Of a DNA stretch of 64,000 bases, positions 40,736 to 51,567 are shown piece by piece. The stretch covers positions 448,001 through 512,000 of the forward strand of contig CBDATS010000005.1 of assembly GCA_965200245.1 (NCBI GenBank), written 5' to 3'. Position numbers and translations under genes: made by a program. Under the pieces are notes generated by a model. The model worked only from the letters and a program-made list of their open reading frames with translations. It was not told the DNA's origin and did no database searches. The stretch is from a bacterium (GTDB taxonomy: Bacteria > UBA8248). How positions within the stretch are numbered: the stretch's first letter is position 1; each line of letters opens with the position of its first letter.

Positions 40736-41890
40736 ATGGTGGATCAGAAGGTGAGAGAAGAGATCGCTTCAGTCGAACGCCGCAATTTCCTCAAGTTGGC
40801 AGGTGCAGGCGGTATAACGGCCGCGCTTGTGGCCGCCGGGACCGGGGTGCTCTCCTCAAGCAAGGCCTCGGCTTAGACGGCCAAGGAGGAAGCCCAGCGC
40901 AGGCGCACCGCGAAATACACGATGACCATGGCGACCGCCTATGTGCTTACGGCGGACCGCAGCTATCCTATCATGCAGCTCGACTTCAAGGAGAATATCC
41001 AGAACGCCACCAACGGCAAGGTTTACGTCAAGCTGGCGGCGGGCGGCCAACTGGGCGTCGGTTCGACGCTGGCCCAGAAAGTACAAAGCGGCACGATTCA
41101 GGCGGCCCAGCATTCGCTGTCGAATTTTGCCCCTTTCGCTCCTGTCGTCGACCTGATCAACCTGCCCTATCTTTGCGGCGCCAACCAGCGCTTCGTGAAT
41201 CTGGTGACCTCCGATCACTGGAAAAAAACCATTCACCCGAAGGTGGAGGCGAGAGGATTCAAGCCACTCTACTATATCGTCATCGATCCGCGTGTCGTAG
41301 CGGTCCGCAAGGGTGGGGCAGGCGCGGTCATTAAGCCAGCGGATCTGAAAGGTGTGAAGTTCCGGGTACCGGGCTCGAAAATGCTGCAGCAATACTATCG
41401 CCTGGTCGGCGCCAACCCGACACCGGTCGCCTGGGGAGAGACACCCTCGGCAATCAAACAGGGCGTGGCGGACGCGCTCGACCCGGCTGTCGGCGCGCTC
41501 TTCGTCTTCGGCTTCAAGGAGATATTAGGCCATGTGACCTTCACACAGGCGGTTCCGGATAGCCAGGTCTTCTCGTGTAATCTCAAATGGTTCAACTCGC
41601 TCCCCAGCGACGTGAAGGACGGAATCGAATTCGCATCGGGGATCACGTCGCAGCAGAACCTCGCCAAGGTGCCAGCGGCGCGCAATTATGCGATGGCGGA
41701 ACTCAGGAAGTCCGGCGTTCAGTTCCACTCGCTCAGCAAAAAGCAGTTGGCGGTCTGGAAAGAGGCGGGCGGATACCAGCGATCCGAGTGGGACGGCTTC
41801 AAGAAAAAGCTGGCTGGCTCCATGGATTCGTTCAATAAACTGGTCGAAGCCGCCGACACGCAGAGCCGCTATTACGTTCACGACGCCTAA
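40736..41890 (+). pseudogene. TRAP substrate-binding protein DctP (Tat signal) with in-frame TAG at 40874-40876
   Basis: MVDQ...ERRNFLKLAG...KASA*TAKEE in frame with GQLG, DLKGVKFRVPGS and PTPVAWGE. Confidence 0.82.
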
Positions 41891-41891
41891 T

Positions 41892-41931
41892 CAGCGCGGG
41901 CCCGGCGGCGGGTGCCGCCGGGCCCGCGCTG
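41892..41931 (+). terminator. Perfect 18-bp GC hairpin after dctP (terminator or mRNA stabiliser)
   Basis: CAGCGCGGGCCCGGCGGC-GGGT-GCCGCCGGGCCCGCGCTG. Confidence 0.75.
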
Positions 41932-41961
41932 TTCTGTAAAACTCCGGGAGGAGCGGCGTCC

Positions 41962-42454
41962 TTGCTCACTTCACTGAACAGGAACATTGAGCGTCTGGCG
42001 CTGTTGTTTTTCTACGCCATGCTGGTGACCACTATGGCGGTTGAAGTCATGCGTCGTGAGGTCTTCGCCTACTCGTCAATCTGGGGCGAGGAGATAGTCC
42101 GCTACGCGTTCATTTATCTCGTCTGGATTGGTGCGGCTTCGGCGGTGCGGGAACGGGCACATATCCGCATCGACATCATCTTCAACTACGTCGGGGCGCG
42201 CACCAAGGCCTTACTTTACATTTTCGGCGACCTGGTGATGCTGGTCATCGCCGTCATCTCCGTTTGGTGGTCGTTCGAGACCGTTTCGGTTTCCTGGAAA
42301 TTCGGCTCGGTCAGCCATGGCCTTCGCCTGTCGATGGTCTGGTTTCTCGCCGCCGTACCAATTGGTTTTTCGCCTCATCCAGTCGCTCATTCGTGACATC
42401 GCAGACTTCCGCTCCGGTTCCTCCCTCTACGAGGGCACCCGGCTGTTCGACTGA
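41962..42454 (+). pseudogene. TRAP small permease DctQ, frameshifted near the C-terminus
   Basis: WGEEIVRY, HIRID; after VPIGF the expected tail FRLIQSLIRD...EGTRLFD* is in another frame. Confidence 0.8.
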
Positions 42455-42474
42455 GAGACCTGGGAGAACCGCTG

Positions 42475-43792
42475 ATGCTCTGGAACCAGATGCAGCAAGC
42501 ACATCAGGAGATTGGCTGGGATTTCTACGGCCCGGTCATCTTCTTCGTCGTTCTGGTCGCGCTGGGCGGCAATCGGTGCCGGCGCGGTAGCGATGCTCCT
42601 TGTTTCGGGCGTCCTCCCCCTGTCACTACTCGGCGAGAGCCTTTTCGACGGAATCGACCATTTCGCCCTGACCGCCGTACCCCTGTTCATCCTGACAGGT
42701 GACGTGCTGGTGCGTACCGGGCTCAGCCGCAAGTTCCTTGATGTGGCGGACGCACTGACCTGCTGGGCTAGAGGCGGTTTCGGTTCCGCCACGGTGCTGG
42801 TCTGCGGGATGTTCTCTGCAATTTCGGGCTCGGATGCGGCAGGTGCCGCAGCGGTGGGCCGCATGACAATCGCGCGGCTGGTCGAATCGGGCTACCCGCG
42901 TCCCTATGCCTGCGCGCTCGTAGCGGCTGGTGCCTGCACGGGCATCCTCATTCCGCCTTCCATCGCCTATATCATCATCGGACTCGTGCTGGGAATATCC
43001 GCTGCCACGCTCTTCCAGGCGGCGTTGATCCCTGGCATCCTGATTCTTGCGTCCATTCTCATAACGAACATCATCGTGAACCGGCGCTATGCCTATGAGG
43101 GCGGTAAATTGATCTCGGCAGCCGAATGGGCCGCCGACCCCAGAAAGGCGCTCAAGAATGGCTGGTACGCCTTCATCGTGCCCGGCGTGATTTTCTGGGG
43201 AATTTTTTCGGGCCAGTTGACGCCGACCGAGGCGGGCGCGACCGCAGTGGTCGTCACAATAATCATGGGCTTCATTCTGGGGACCCTGAAGTTTTCGGAC
43301 TTCCCGGCGATGCTGGTGAGTTCAGCAAAGGTCAACGGCGTTATCCTTCCGATCATCGCCTTTTCCCTGCCGCTCGCCCAAACCATGGCGGCGCTCGGCG
43401 TACCCCAGGGTTTCGTCCATGCGGTCACGTCGATGACAGATAATCCCTATGTGCTGATCTTGCTGATGATCGATATCCTGATCGCAGCCGGATGCGTGAT
43501 GGAGACCACCCCGAACATCGTCATCCTGGCACCGATCCTCAAGCCCCTAGCCGATGAAATCGGGATGAACGAGATACAGTTCTGCGTGATGATGATCACC
43601 GCGCTCGGCGTCGGCTTCATCACGCCTCCGCTCGGTCTCAACCTGTTCGTCGTTTCCGGCCTGACGGGCGACTCGATTCTTGACATTGCCGCGCGCGCGG
43701 TGCCCTATGTCTTCTTCATGCTGCTAGTGGTATTGCTGATCGCTTATGTCCCGATGATCTCTACTGTGCTCCTTCCCGCAGCGTACAAGTAA
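42475..43792 (+). pseudogene. TRAP large permease DctM, frameshifted near the N-terminus
   Basis: MLWNQ...FVVLVALG, then shift at about 42565 to WAAIGAG...AVPLFILTG, SAISGS, IPPS, TPPLGLNLFV. Confidence 0.82.
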
Positions 43793-44668
43793 CGCAGGCA
43801 ACCGCCGAGGCGAGCTTTCCTTTCACTTGAACCAGGACTTTGTGCCCATTACAAGACAACCTCCTGAGACCATAGGACTGGTTACATGACAGCGAGTTGC
43901 TCTCCGGTGGTGAAACAGCTTGCTGGGCAAGCCATATCCGCATGCACTTCGCCCCGCAAGATGGTTGGACAACACCGCGTTGTCGGCACAAATTTTGGGG
44001 AATTACCACAATCCCAGGAAACGAATTCCCCGGCCTGTGTCGTAGGGGTGTGACAAAACTCCGCGCATGATCGTCAGAAACCGGTGCGATTCGCAGGTGG
44101 AAAGTGTGCAGGAATCCGCCTTGCCCCCAGCACGCAAACGGTCGGTCTCCTCGAACAAACAGTTCGGCATCGAAGCAAAACCCGGCGCAATTCGATGACT
44201 GTTCAGTCGAACCTGGGGACAGGTCGAAGTCGCTGCCTCGGCCCACAACCTGGTTTCAAAATCTACCTGAGCGGTTTTACGGCCTCATTTTCAGATCGAA
44301 ACATGCGATTCGCGGGCCTCCTCGCAACAAAGCGGCAGTAGAGGATGTTGACAAATCCAGATATGAAGGATACGCATCAGACATTAACGAGTTAACCTGA
44401 ATCTATCGCACCCTCACGAATGGATCTCCGATGCGCACTTGCAATTCGCTCAGGGGAACCTCGAGAGCAAAACTGTCGACGCTCATCCGGAGCCTGACGA
44501 GCATCGCCTGTTTTCTAGCCGAAATTCGCCAAGGCACATCTTTACGACGTCCGGGCATATTATATGTGTACCGAAACCCGAGGCAAGAAAGGTGAACTCT
44601 ACAGTTGGTCAGGAAATCATCGACAATTCCAAAACTATTCCCAGGCCCTACTCATCGGAGAAATCATA

Positions 44669-46222
44669 ATGCACAGATTCATCTTGCGTGTCGTTCTGCT
44701 CCTTGTCGTAGCGGGCACGGCATTCGAGGCACTACCCGTCAAGTCATACGCAGGCAAGAAAGACGACACGCTGGTCGTCGCCCTCCAGCGGGGAGTTCGC
44801 TCGCTCGACAGGCTCTACACGAGAAGGCGCGAGGGGCTGATTTTCGCCCAACTCACGGATGACGGCCTGTTCTACGCCGACCCCAAGACACTCAAATTCA
44901 TCCCCCTGGCGGCAGAATCCTACAAATTCAAAGACCCGAAGACACTCGACGTCACCGTGCGCGAGGGAGTGAAATTTCACGACGGCAGCCTCCTGAACGC
45001 GGACGATGTTGTCTATACCTACAATTGGGTGCTCAACAAAAAGAGCAAATCGCTCAACACGAAGCGCATAAGGCGCTGGCTGAAGAGCGTCGAAAAAACG
45101 GGTCCCATGAAGGTGCGTTTCAAGCTGAAACGACCCTACCCCATGGCACTCAGGGATATGGCCATATCCATTTACCTGAGGAAAAAGAATACCTATCACG
45201 CGGGCGGCAGGAAAAAAGGAAACCGCAACGCGATGACGAACTCTCTCAATGGTTTGGGACCATACCGTGTGGTGGATTTCGAGCCGGGCAAACGCATCGT
45301 CCTTGAGCGTTTCGATAGTTATTACAAATCAAGCCCAAAGGGACGCCCCTCCATCAAGAGAATCGAGGCGCGAACCATCCCCGACTGGGGAACCCAGCAG
45401 GCGGAGTTGATGAGTGGCGGTGTCCAGTGGATGTACAGCGTGCCCACCGACATCGCGGAGAACATCGGGAAAACGCCGCTGGCCAAACACATTGCCGGCC
45501 CTTCGTTGCGCGTCGGATTCATCATCCTGGACGCCATCGGCTACACGGGACAAAACAATCCGCTGACGAAACTCGAGGTGCGCCGGGCCATGAACCACGC
45601 CATCAACCGCGAGGCCATCGTCAAGCACATCGTGAAAGGATCTTCGAAGGTCATTCATTCCGCATGCCATCCGGTTCAGTTCGGCTGCACACAGGATGTG
45701 AAAAAGTACGACTATGACCCGAAAATGGCGAAAGCGCTCCTGGCAACAGCCGGTTACAAGAACGGATTCGATTTCGACCTGTGGGCTTACAGGGAAAAAG
45801 GCGTGGCTGAGGCCATTACGGCCGATCTCAACAAGGTCGGCATCCGTGCCAAGCTGCGATACGTCAAACTTTCCACGTTATCAAGAGCTAGAAAGAGCAG
45901 GGAGATACCCGCGTACTTTGCCACCTGGGGTTCCGGTAGCACGGCGGACACCGCGGCCATCGCCGATTTTCACTTTACGCCGACTACCAATAGAAACCTC
46001 TCCCGGGACAAGGAAGTGGAAAAATACGTCCTGGCCGCTGGGGGAACGCTGGATCCCGAAAAACGGAATAGGGCTTACGCGCAAGCGCTCAAACTCATCG
46101 CCGAAAGAGCGCTCTGGATTCCCTTGTATTCATTTACGCTGAACTATCTGACATCGAAGGATCTGGTTTTCGAGGCTTCCAAGGATGGTTTGCCAAGGCT
46201 GTTTCTCGCCAAGTGGAAATAA
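44669..46222 (+). CDS. Peptide/nickel ABC transporter substrate-binding protein (family 5)
   Basis: Signal peptide, REGVKFHDGS...ADDVVYT, GLGPY, VRRAMNHAINRE. Confidence 0.93.
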   Translation: MHRFILRVVLLLVVAGTAFEALPVKSYAGKKDDTLVVALQRGVRSLDRLYTRRREGLIFAQLTDDGLFYADPKTLKFIPLAAESYKFKDPKTLDVTVREGVKFHDGSLLNADDVVYTYNWVLNKKSKSLNTKRIRRWLKSVEKTGPMKVRFKLKRPYPMALRDMAISIYLRKKNTYHAGGRKKGNRNAMTNSLNGLGPYRVVDFEPGKRIVLERFDSYYKSSPKGRPSIKRIEARTIPDWGTQQAELMSGGVQWMYSVPTDIAENIGKTPLAKHIAGPSLRVGFIILDAIGYTGQNNPLTKLEVRRAMNHAINREAIVKHIVKGSSKVIHSACHPVQFGCTQDVKKYDYDPKMAKALLATAGYKNGFDFDLWAYREKGVAEAITADLNKVGIRAKLRYVKLSTLSRARKSREIPAYFATWGSGSTADTAAIADFHFTPTTNRNLSRDKEVEKYVLAAGGTLDPEKRNRAYAQALKLIAERALWIPLYSFTLNYLTSKDLVFEASKDGLPRLFLAKWK

Positions 46223-46267
46223 ACGGAAGAACTCTGGCGGGAAAAGCCTTGCCCGGAAAAGTAAACC

Positions 46268-46304
46268 CGCCCCCATCCAGGAAGTACGCTTTCCTGGATG
46301 GGCG
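46268..46304 (+). terminator. Intergenic hairpin between SBP and permease genes
   Basis: CCCATCCAGGAA...TTCCTGGATGGG inverted repeat. Confidence 0.6.
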
Positions 46305-46345
46305 AACATTCGTTCCGTGAACAATCAGGGAAAGAGGAGCACGCG

Positions 46346-47263
46346 ATGTTGAGATACGCGGTTCATCGCGGCGTCATGGCCATACTCGTGGCGTTCACCG
46401 TCTCTTTGCTGACGTTCATGCTCCTGCACTTTGCGACCGACCCCGCATCCGCCATCGCGGGTGAAGACGCGACACCGGACGAGATTGCGCAAATCAGGGA
46501 AAACTATGGCCTCGACAAACCTCTTCCTGTTCAATACTACAATTGGCTGGCTGGCGTCTTTCAGGGAGATTTCGGGGACAGTTACTATTGGAAAAAATCG
46601 GTCGGCACCCTCATCATCTCCCACGCGCCGGTCACAATACAACTGTCCCTGTGGGCATTTGCGGTCACTATCATAATCGCGCTTCCGCTCGGAGTGCTGG
46701 CCGCCATGCGTCCCAACAGCCTCATTGATCGCTTTGCACTCTCGGTGGCCGTCTCTGCACAAGCGGTGCCCAACTTCTGGCTGGGCCTGATGTTCATCAT
46801 CTTCTTTTCGGTAAAACTGGGGCTGTTTCCCGTATCGGGAGACGATACCTGGCTCCATTTCGTAATGCCCGCCATCGTGTTGGGTTCGAGTTCGGTGCCC
46901 GCGGTAATGCGCCTGACGCGTACGGGCCTGCTGGACGTCATGGCGTCGGATTATATCCGCACCGCCCGCTCGAAGGGTTTCAGGAGTACAAAACTTCTTG
47001 TCCGACATGCGCTCAGGAATGCCATTCTGCCCATCGTCAGTGTGTTGGCCGTACAACTCGGCAACAAGCTCGGCGGTTCCGTCATCACCGAGTCGGTATT
47101 CGCGCTGAACGGCCTGGGTCGCCTGACAATTGAATCCATCATCGGCGCGGATATCCCGACGGTTCAAATGCTCGTTTTCGTCTTCGCCGTTACCTTCATC
47201 GTACTTAATTATCTCGCCGACCTGCTGAACGCCTGGCTGGACCCGAGAATACGACTGGTCTGA
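46346..47263 (+). CDS. ABC transporter permease (DppB/OppB-like)
   Basis: GLDKP, GDFGDS, DYIRTARSKG, HALRNA, LDPRIR. Confidence 0.93.
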   Translation: MLRYAVHRGVMAILVAFTVSLLTFMLLHFATDPASAIAGEDATPDEIAQIRENYGLDKPLPVQYYNWLAGVFQGDFGDSYYWKKSVGTLIISHAPVTIQLSLWAFAVTIIIALPLGVLAAMRPNSLIDRFALSVAVSAQAVPNFWLGLMFIIFFSVKLGLFPVSGDDTWLHFVMPAIVLGSSSVPAVMRLTRTGLLDVMASDYIRTARSKGFRSTKLLVRHALRNAILPIVSVLAVQLGNKLGGSVITESVFALNGLGRLTIESIIGADIPTVQMLVFVFAVTFIVLNYLADLLNAWLDPRIRLV

Positions 47264-47265
47264 AC

Positions 47266-48183
47266 ATGCAGCCCGACACGCCAACACAGGACCTTAACCT
47301 CTCATCCGGAGAAATGGCAGATTTTTTGAACCCGAGAGCTGCACTCAAACTCAGAATCAAAAACCATACAGGACTTCTTGTCGGATTCGGCGTCATCCTC
47401 TTCATGGCGGTCCTCGCAGTACTCGCCCCCTGGATTACCACGCACGGTCCATATGACCAGACGCTTGCAAACCGTCTGCTTCCTCCCGTATGGGAGTCAG
47501 GCGGAAGATGGGAGCATCTGTTGGGTACAGATCATCTCGGGCGGGATTATCTGAGCAGGCTTCTGTACGGCTCACGCATATCGCTGGTCATCGGCATGGG
47601 AGCCGCCACCATCGGTTGCCTGATCGGGGTGCCGATGGGAATCTGCGCGGGCTATTTTGGCGGCCGTGTGGACCATTGCATCAATTTCATCCTGACGTGC
47701 AAGCTCGCCATGCCGGGTCTCGTGCTTACGATGTCGTTGGTATTCCTCATCGGACCTTCGGTGTTCGTGGTGATGGGCATCATCGGCGTTCTGCACTGGT
47801 CTTACTATCTGGTGGTCACAAGAGCCGCCACGATGCAGATACGCCAGATCGACTACATTGCGGCGGCGCGCTCCATCGGCAGCAGCAGGAAACAACTGAT
47901 TTTCTATGAAATCCTTCCCAACCTCCTGAACCAGATAATCGTAATTTTCACTTTCGAGGTAGGAATCGCCATTCTCTCCGAGGCGGCGCTGTCGTTCCTG
48001 GGCGTCGGCATCCAGGCTCCGACCCCTTCGTGGGGGTTGATGATCGCCGAGGGGAAAAGCGCCATGTTCTACCGCCCCTGGCTCGTTGTCCTGCCCGGCG
48101 TATTTCTGTTCACCCTGGTCATCGGCACCAACCTCATGGGTGACGGCATCCGGGACGTCACTGCTCCGGAAAACAGGAACTAG
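47266..48183 (+). CDS. ABC transporter permease (DppC/OppC-like)
   Basis: LGTDHLGRD, AARSIG, EAALSFLGVG, PSWGLM. Confidence 0.93.
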   Translation: MQPDTPTQDLNLSSGEMADFLNPRAALKLRIKNHTGLLVGFGVILFMAVLAVLAPWITTHGPYDQTLANRLLPPVWESGGRWEHLLGTDHLGRDYLSRLLYGSRISLVIGMGAATIGCLIGVPMGICAGYFGGRVDHCINFILTCKLAMPGLVLTMSLVFLIGPSVFVVMGIIGVLHWSYYLVVTRAATMQIRQIDYIAAARSIGSSRKQLIFYEILPNLLNQIIVIFTFEVGIAILSEAALSFLGVGIQAPTPSWGLMIAEGKSAMFYRPWLVVLPGVFLFTLVIGTNLMGDGIRDVTAPENRN

Positions 48184-48186
48184 GCG

Positions 48187-50199
48187 ATGCGTAGCGCTTC
48201 CTCTTTTTTCGAGGTCTCGAACCTCAGCGTAAACATCCCACTCGGCTCAGGGGATCTTCACGCGGTGCGGAACGTGGATTTTTCTATAAGAGAGGGGGAA
48301 GTGCTCGGAATAGTGGGAGAATCCGGATCGGGCAAATCGATGACGGCACTGGCGATCATGGGTTTGCTGCCCAAACAAGCGCGCCGCACGGCGGATGCGA
48401 TGCGTTTGAACGAAAATAATCTGCTGGATATGTCCGACAAGGAGATGGCGGAGAAAATCCGTGGGAACCGGATCGCCATGATCTTCCAGGAACCGATGAC
48501 TTCGCTTAATCCCGTTTACACCATCGGCCGCCAGCTCACGGAAACCACCTTGCTGCATCAGGGAACGTCAAAAAAACAGGCTGGAGAACGCGCAGTCTAC
48601 CTGCTGGAGAAAGTGGGGATTCCGGACGCGGAGAGTCGGTTGCGTCAATACCCGCATCAACTCTCGGGCGGGCAAAGGCAGCGCGTGATGATTGCCATGG
48701 CACTCATGAACGAGCCGGAACTCATCATCGCGGATGAGCCTACGACCGCACTCGACGTGACGATTCAGGCCCAGATACTGCTCCTCCTCGTGGAACTCCA
48801 GAAAGAACTCGGCACCTCGATGATCCTGATCACCCACGATCTAGGCATCATCGCGAGAACGGCGAATGAGGTCGCCGTCATGTATGCGGGCGAAATCGTG
48901 GAGCGAGGCATGACGAAAGAAGTATTCGAGAACCCGAAACACCCCTATACGCAAGGACTCCTCTCGTGCATTCCCGAATCAGGCAGTTTGCGCACCGGGC
49001 GGCGTCTGGGCTCCATCCCCGGTGTAGTGCCTTCCATGATTGGCGATATCAGGGGCTGCGTATTCGCCCCCCGCTGCGGTTTTGCACGGGATGAATGCCG
49101 GACGGCTCCTCCGCCCCTTCAGGTCCTGGGTGCGGACATGAATTACCGCTGCGTGTTGACGGAAAAAGACCTGACCCGCAAGAAAGCAGGGAACACACGC
49201 CAGAACACGACGCAGACCGGGGACGTACCCTCCCGGAATGCTTCGAATGCCCCCGACCTCCTGCGCGTGGAAGAGGTAGAATGTGTTTTCCAGATCAAGC
49301 CGAACGTCTTCTCGAAAACCAGGCAACTGCGCGCGGTGGACGGCGTCTCGCTGGACATCACAAAAGGAGAGATTCTCGCTCTCGTGGGAGAGTCGGGATG
49401 CGGCAAGACAACCCTGGCCAAAATCCTGCTGGCCTTGCAATCCCCGAGTGCCGGAGAAGTCTTCCTCGACGGAGGGGGAATCGGCCAACTCGCGAGCCGG
49501 GACCGCGCACGGCGCATACAACCTGTTTTTCAGGATCCCTACTCTTCCCTGAATCCGCGCAAAACGGTGGGACAGATCATCCGCAGGCCTCTCGGTATCC
49601 ACGGGATTGGCACGAGTACCGAGAGACAATCTGAACTCGAGCGCATGATGGAACTCGTCGGACTGCCAAAACGACTGATGCACCGATACCCGAGCCAAAT
49701 TTCCGGCGGGCAGAGACAGCGCGTCGCCATCGCGCGTGCCATCATCATGAAACCCGAAATCCTGGTTTGCGATGAACCCACTTCCGCCCTGGACGTCTCC
49801 GTTCAATCACAGATCCTGAATCTTCTCCTGGAGTTGCGAGAAGAGTTGGAACTCACCTATCTCCTCATAACGCACGATTTATCCGTCGTGGAATACATGG
49901 CTACGCGGGTGGCAGTGATGTATCTGGGGGAAATCGTGGAGACAGGGGAAACGAGCCGCATCTTTCGCTCCCCGCAACATCCCTATACGAAAGCCCTGCT
50001 GAAATCCGTACTGTCGCTCAACACGGATGCGGGAATTCCCGACAATCGGATGGGACACAGCTATCCAAATCCACTGGATATTCCCTCAGGATGCCGCTTC
50101 CATCCGAGGTGTCCCGAAGCCATGTCACACTGCTCGGAGCAAACGCCGAAGTTGCAGCCCCTGGGTCCGGACACCGTACGCTGTCTGTTATATGAATGA
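48187..50199 (+). CDS. Fused double ABC ATPase (DppD-DppF-like)
   Basis: Two Walker A motifs (GESGSGKS, GESGCGKT), two SGGQ signatures, two C-terminal Cys motifs. Confidence 0.94.
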   Translation: MRSASSFFEVSNLSVNIPLGSGDLHAVRNVDFSIREGEVLGIVGESGSGKSMTALAIMGLLPKQARRTADAMRLNENNLLDMSDKEMAEKIRGNRIAMIFQEPMTSLNPVYTIGRQLTETTLLHQGTSKKQAGERAVYLLEKVGIPDAESRLRQYPHQLSGGQRQRVMIAMALMNEPELIIADEPTTALDVTIQAQILLLLVELQKELGTSMILITHDLGIIARTANEVAVMYAGEIVERGMTKEVFENPKHPYTQGLLSCIPESGSLRTGRRLGSIPGVVPSMIGDIRGCVFAPRCGFARDECRTAPPPLQVLGADMNYRCVLTEKDLTRKKAGNTRQNTTQTGDVPSRNASNAPDLLRVEEVECVFQIKPNVFSKTRQLRAVDGVSLDITKGEILALVGESGCGKTTLAKILLALQSPSAGEVFLDGGGIGQLASRDRARRIQPVFQDPYSSLNPRKTVGQIIRRPLGIHGIGTSTERQSELERMMELVGLPKRLMHRYPSQISGGQRQRVAIARAIIMKPEILVCDEPTSALDVSVQSQILNLLLELREELELTYLLITHDLSVVEYMATRVAVMYLGEIVETGETSRIFRSPQHPYTKALLKSVLSLNTDAGIPDNRMGHSYPNPLDIPSGCRFHPRCPEAMSHCSEQTPKLQPLGPDTVRCLLYE

Positions 50200-50232
50200 T
50201 TCTGGAAAACGACCAAGGGTGTGCTGCGCTCC

Positions 50233-51147
50233 CTACGGCGCGCCGACTAGTTCGAAAGCGCGCGAGGCCATGACGGAATTAGCGTGGCCGGCATTCTCGA
50301 CGACTTCAAGCTCCCATTCGAAGGAAAATCCCTTTTTTCTGGCGTATTCCTTCGCACGGGCGTAGAAATTCCGTCCCCTTGCCAGGCGGTGCGGTCCTTG
50401 GGCGACAGCTTCGTCTTCGATGTTGAGTGAGGGATGGTAAGGATCGTCGTCATCTTCACCCAGCAATATGGTCAGGCGGATGGTGAAGGATTTCTTGAGA
50501 CTTTCATCGCTCAGATTGATGTTGGATATCCCGTAGGGAATCTCCACGACCCTGTCGACCATGGTGTACCAGCCGGAATTCGCGGCGACGGCGCGCCCAA
50601 CTCGTGCCTCGGGGTGGAATAATACGAGGCGGTGCACGAACTGCCCGCCGGCCGAATGCCCGTAAATGTCATACCGCTCGGCTTTCAGACTGTTGGTGAC
50701 ACGCACGAAATCGAAGAGTTTTTCCAAAATCGTGAATGTCCACTCCTCCTTGGGCTTGCGCTCTCCGCTGGGTCTGTAGACGTTGCCCAGATGGTAGCGC
50801 CATGCGCCGGGGAAATAATCGTCCGAGAACTCGGGCGCCAGCAGGATGAATCCGCCCACATTCGCAAAGGGCCGCCATTCGTCCCTGTAGTCCTCGCCGT
50901 CGCGTCCGTTCCCGTGCATGACGAACACTACGGGCGCGGTTTCGTCCACACCGTCAGGCCAGTGATACCAGACGTCTAGAGACATCTCGGGATCATATTT
51001 CCTGTCCTTGAAAACGAAACTCCCCGAACCTACCTGCATTACGGGCTTTGCGCCCTTGACTTCCGCTTCCGCCATGTTGCCTCCAATCAAAATCAAGACC
51101 GCAGCGAAAACAGCGAACCAACTCGGCCAGACCTCCCATGCGCGCAT
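50233..51147 (-). CDS. Secreted alpha/beta hydrolase
   Basis: VMHG, GHSAGGQ nucleophile elbow, ANSGWY, C-terminal GH. Confidence 0.8.
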   Translation of the reverse strand: MRAWEVWPSWFAVFAAVLILIGGNMAEAEVKGAKPVMQVGSGSFVFKDRKYDPEMSLDVWYHWPDGVDETAPVVFVMHGNGRDGEDYRDEWRPFANVGGFILLAPEFSDDYFPGAWRYHLGNVYRPSGERKPKEEWTFTILEKLFDFVRVTNSLKAERYDIYGHSAGGQFVHRLVLFHPEARVGRAVAANSGWYTMVDRVVEIPYGISNINLSDESLKKSFTIRLTILLGEDDDDPYHPSLNIEDEAVAQGPHRLARGRNFYARAKEYARKKGFSFEWELEVVENAGHANSVMASRAFELVGAP

Positions 51148-51567
51148 TTTTCTCTCCTAGCTGCGTTCGAATCGTTTTCCGCCCGTTTGAATACAATAGG
51201 CCATTTCCAAAGACGGTAAAATGATAACTCGCAGTTATCATGTGCGGCAGTTGCAAGAACGTATTCGGGAATTTCGCCGTCGCTCGCATATATAGAAAGC
51301 TACGCTTCTCCTTGATGCCGATAGACCAATTGAGCAAACCGGGAATGGCCTGGCGCAGGCGGAGTTCGATATGAAGATACACTCCCCATTCACGCCATCT
51401 CGCCCAACAATCGTGGATGGATTTCTGGTTCAGTCTCGCCCGGGAAAGGAGGGACGGCGAGCCCCTTCCGTAGCCTTGCTCCTTGACATCCCCCCCGCCC
51501 CTCGCTAATTTGCTTCAAGGGCAAATTACCGCCCTGCATCCCACGTTGCCGGTTCGGGAGACAGAGA

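Noticed and set aside
40874-40876. TAG in dctP as pyrrolysine
   Set aside because: Non-catalytic position just after the signal peptide, explained by CAG>TAG; the partner genes are also broken
51380-51567. ZTP or THF riboswitch upstream of fhs
   Set aside because: Could not find the conserved aptamer motifs by eye
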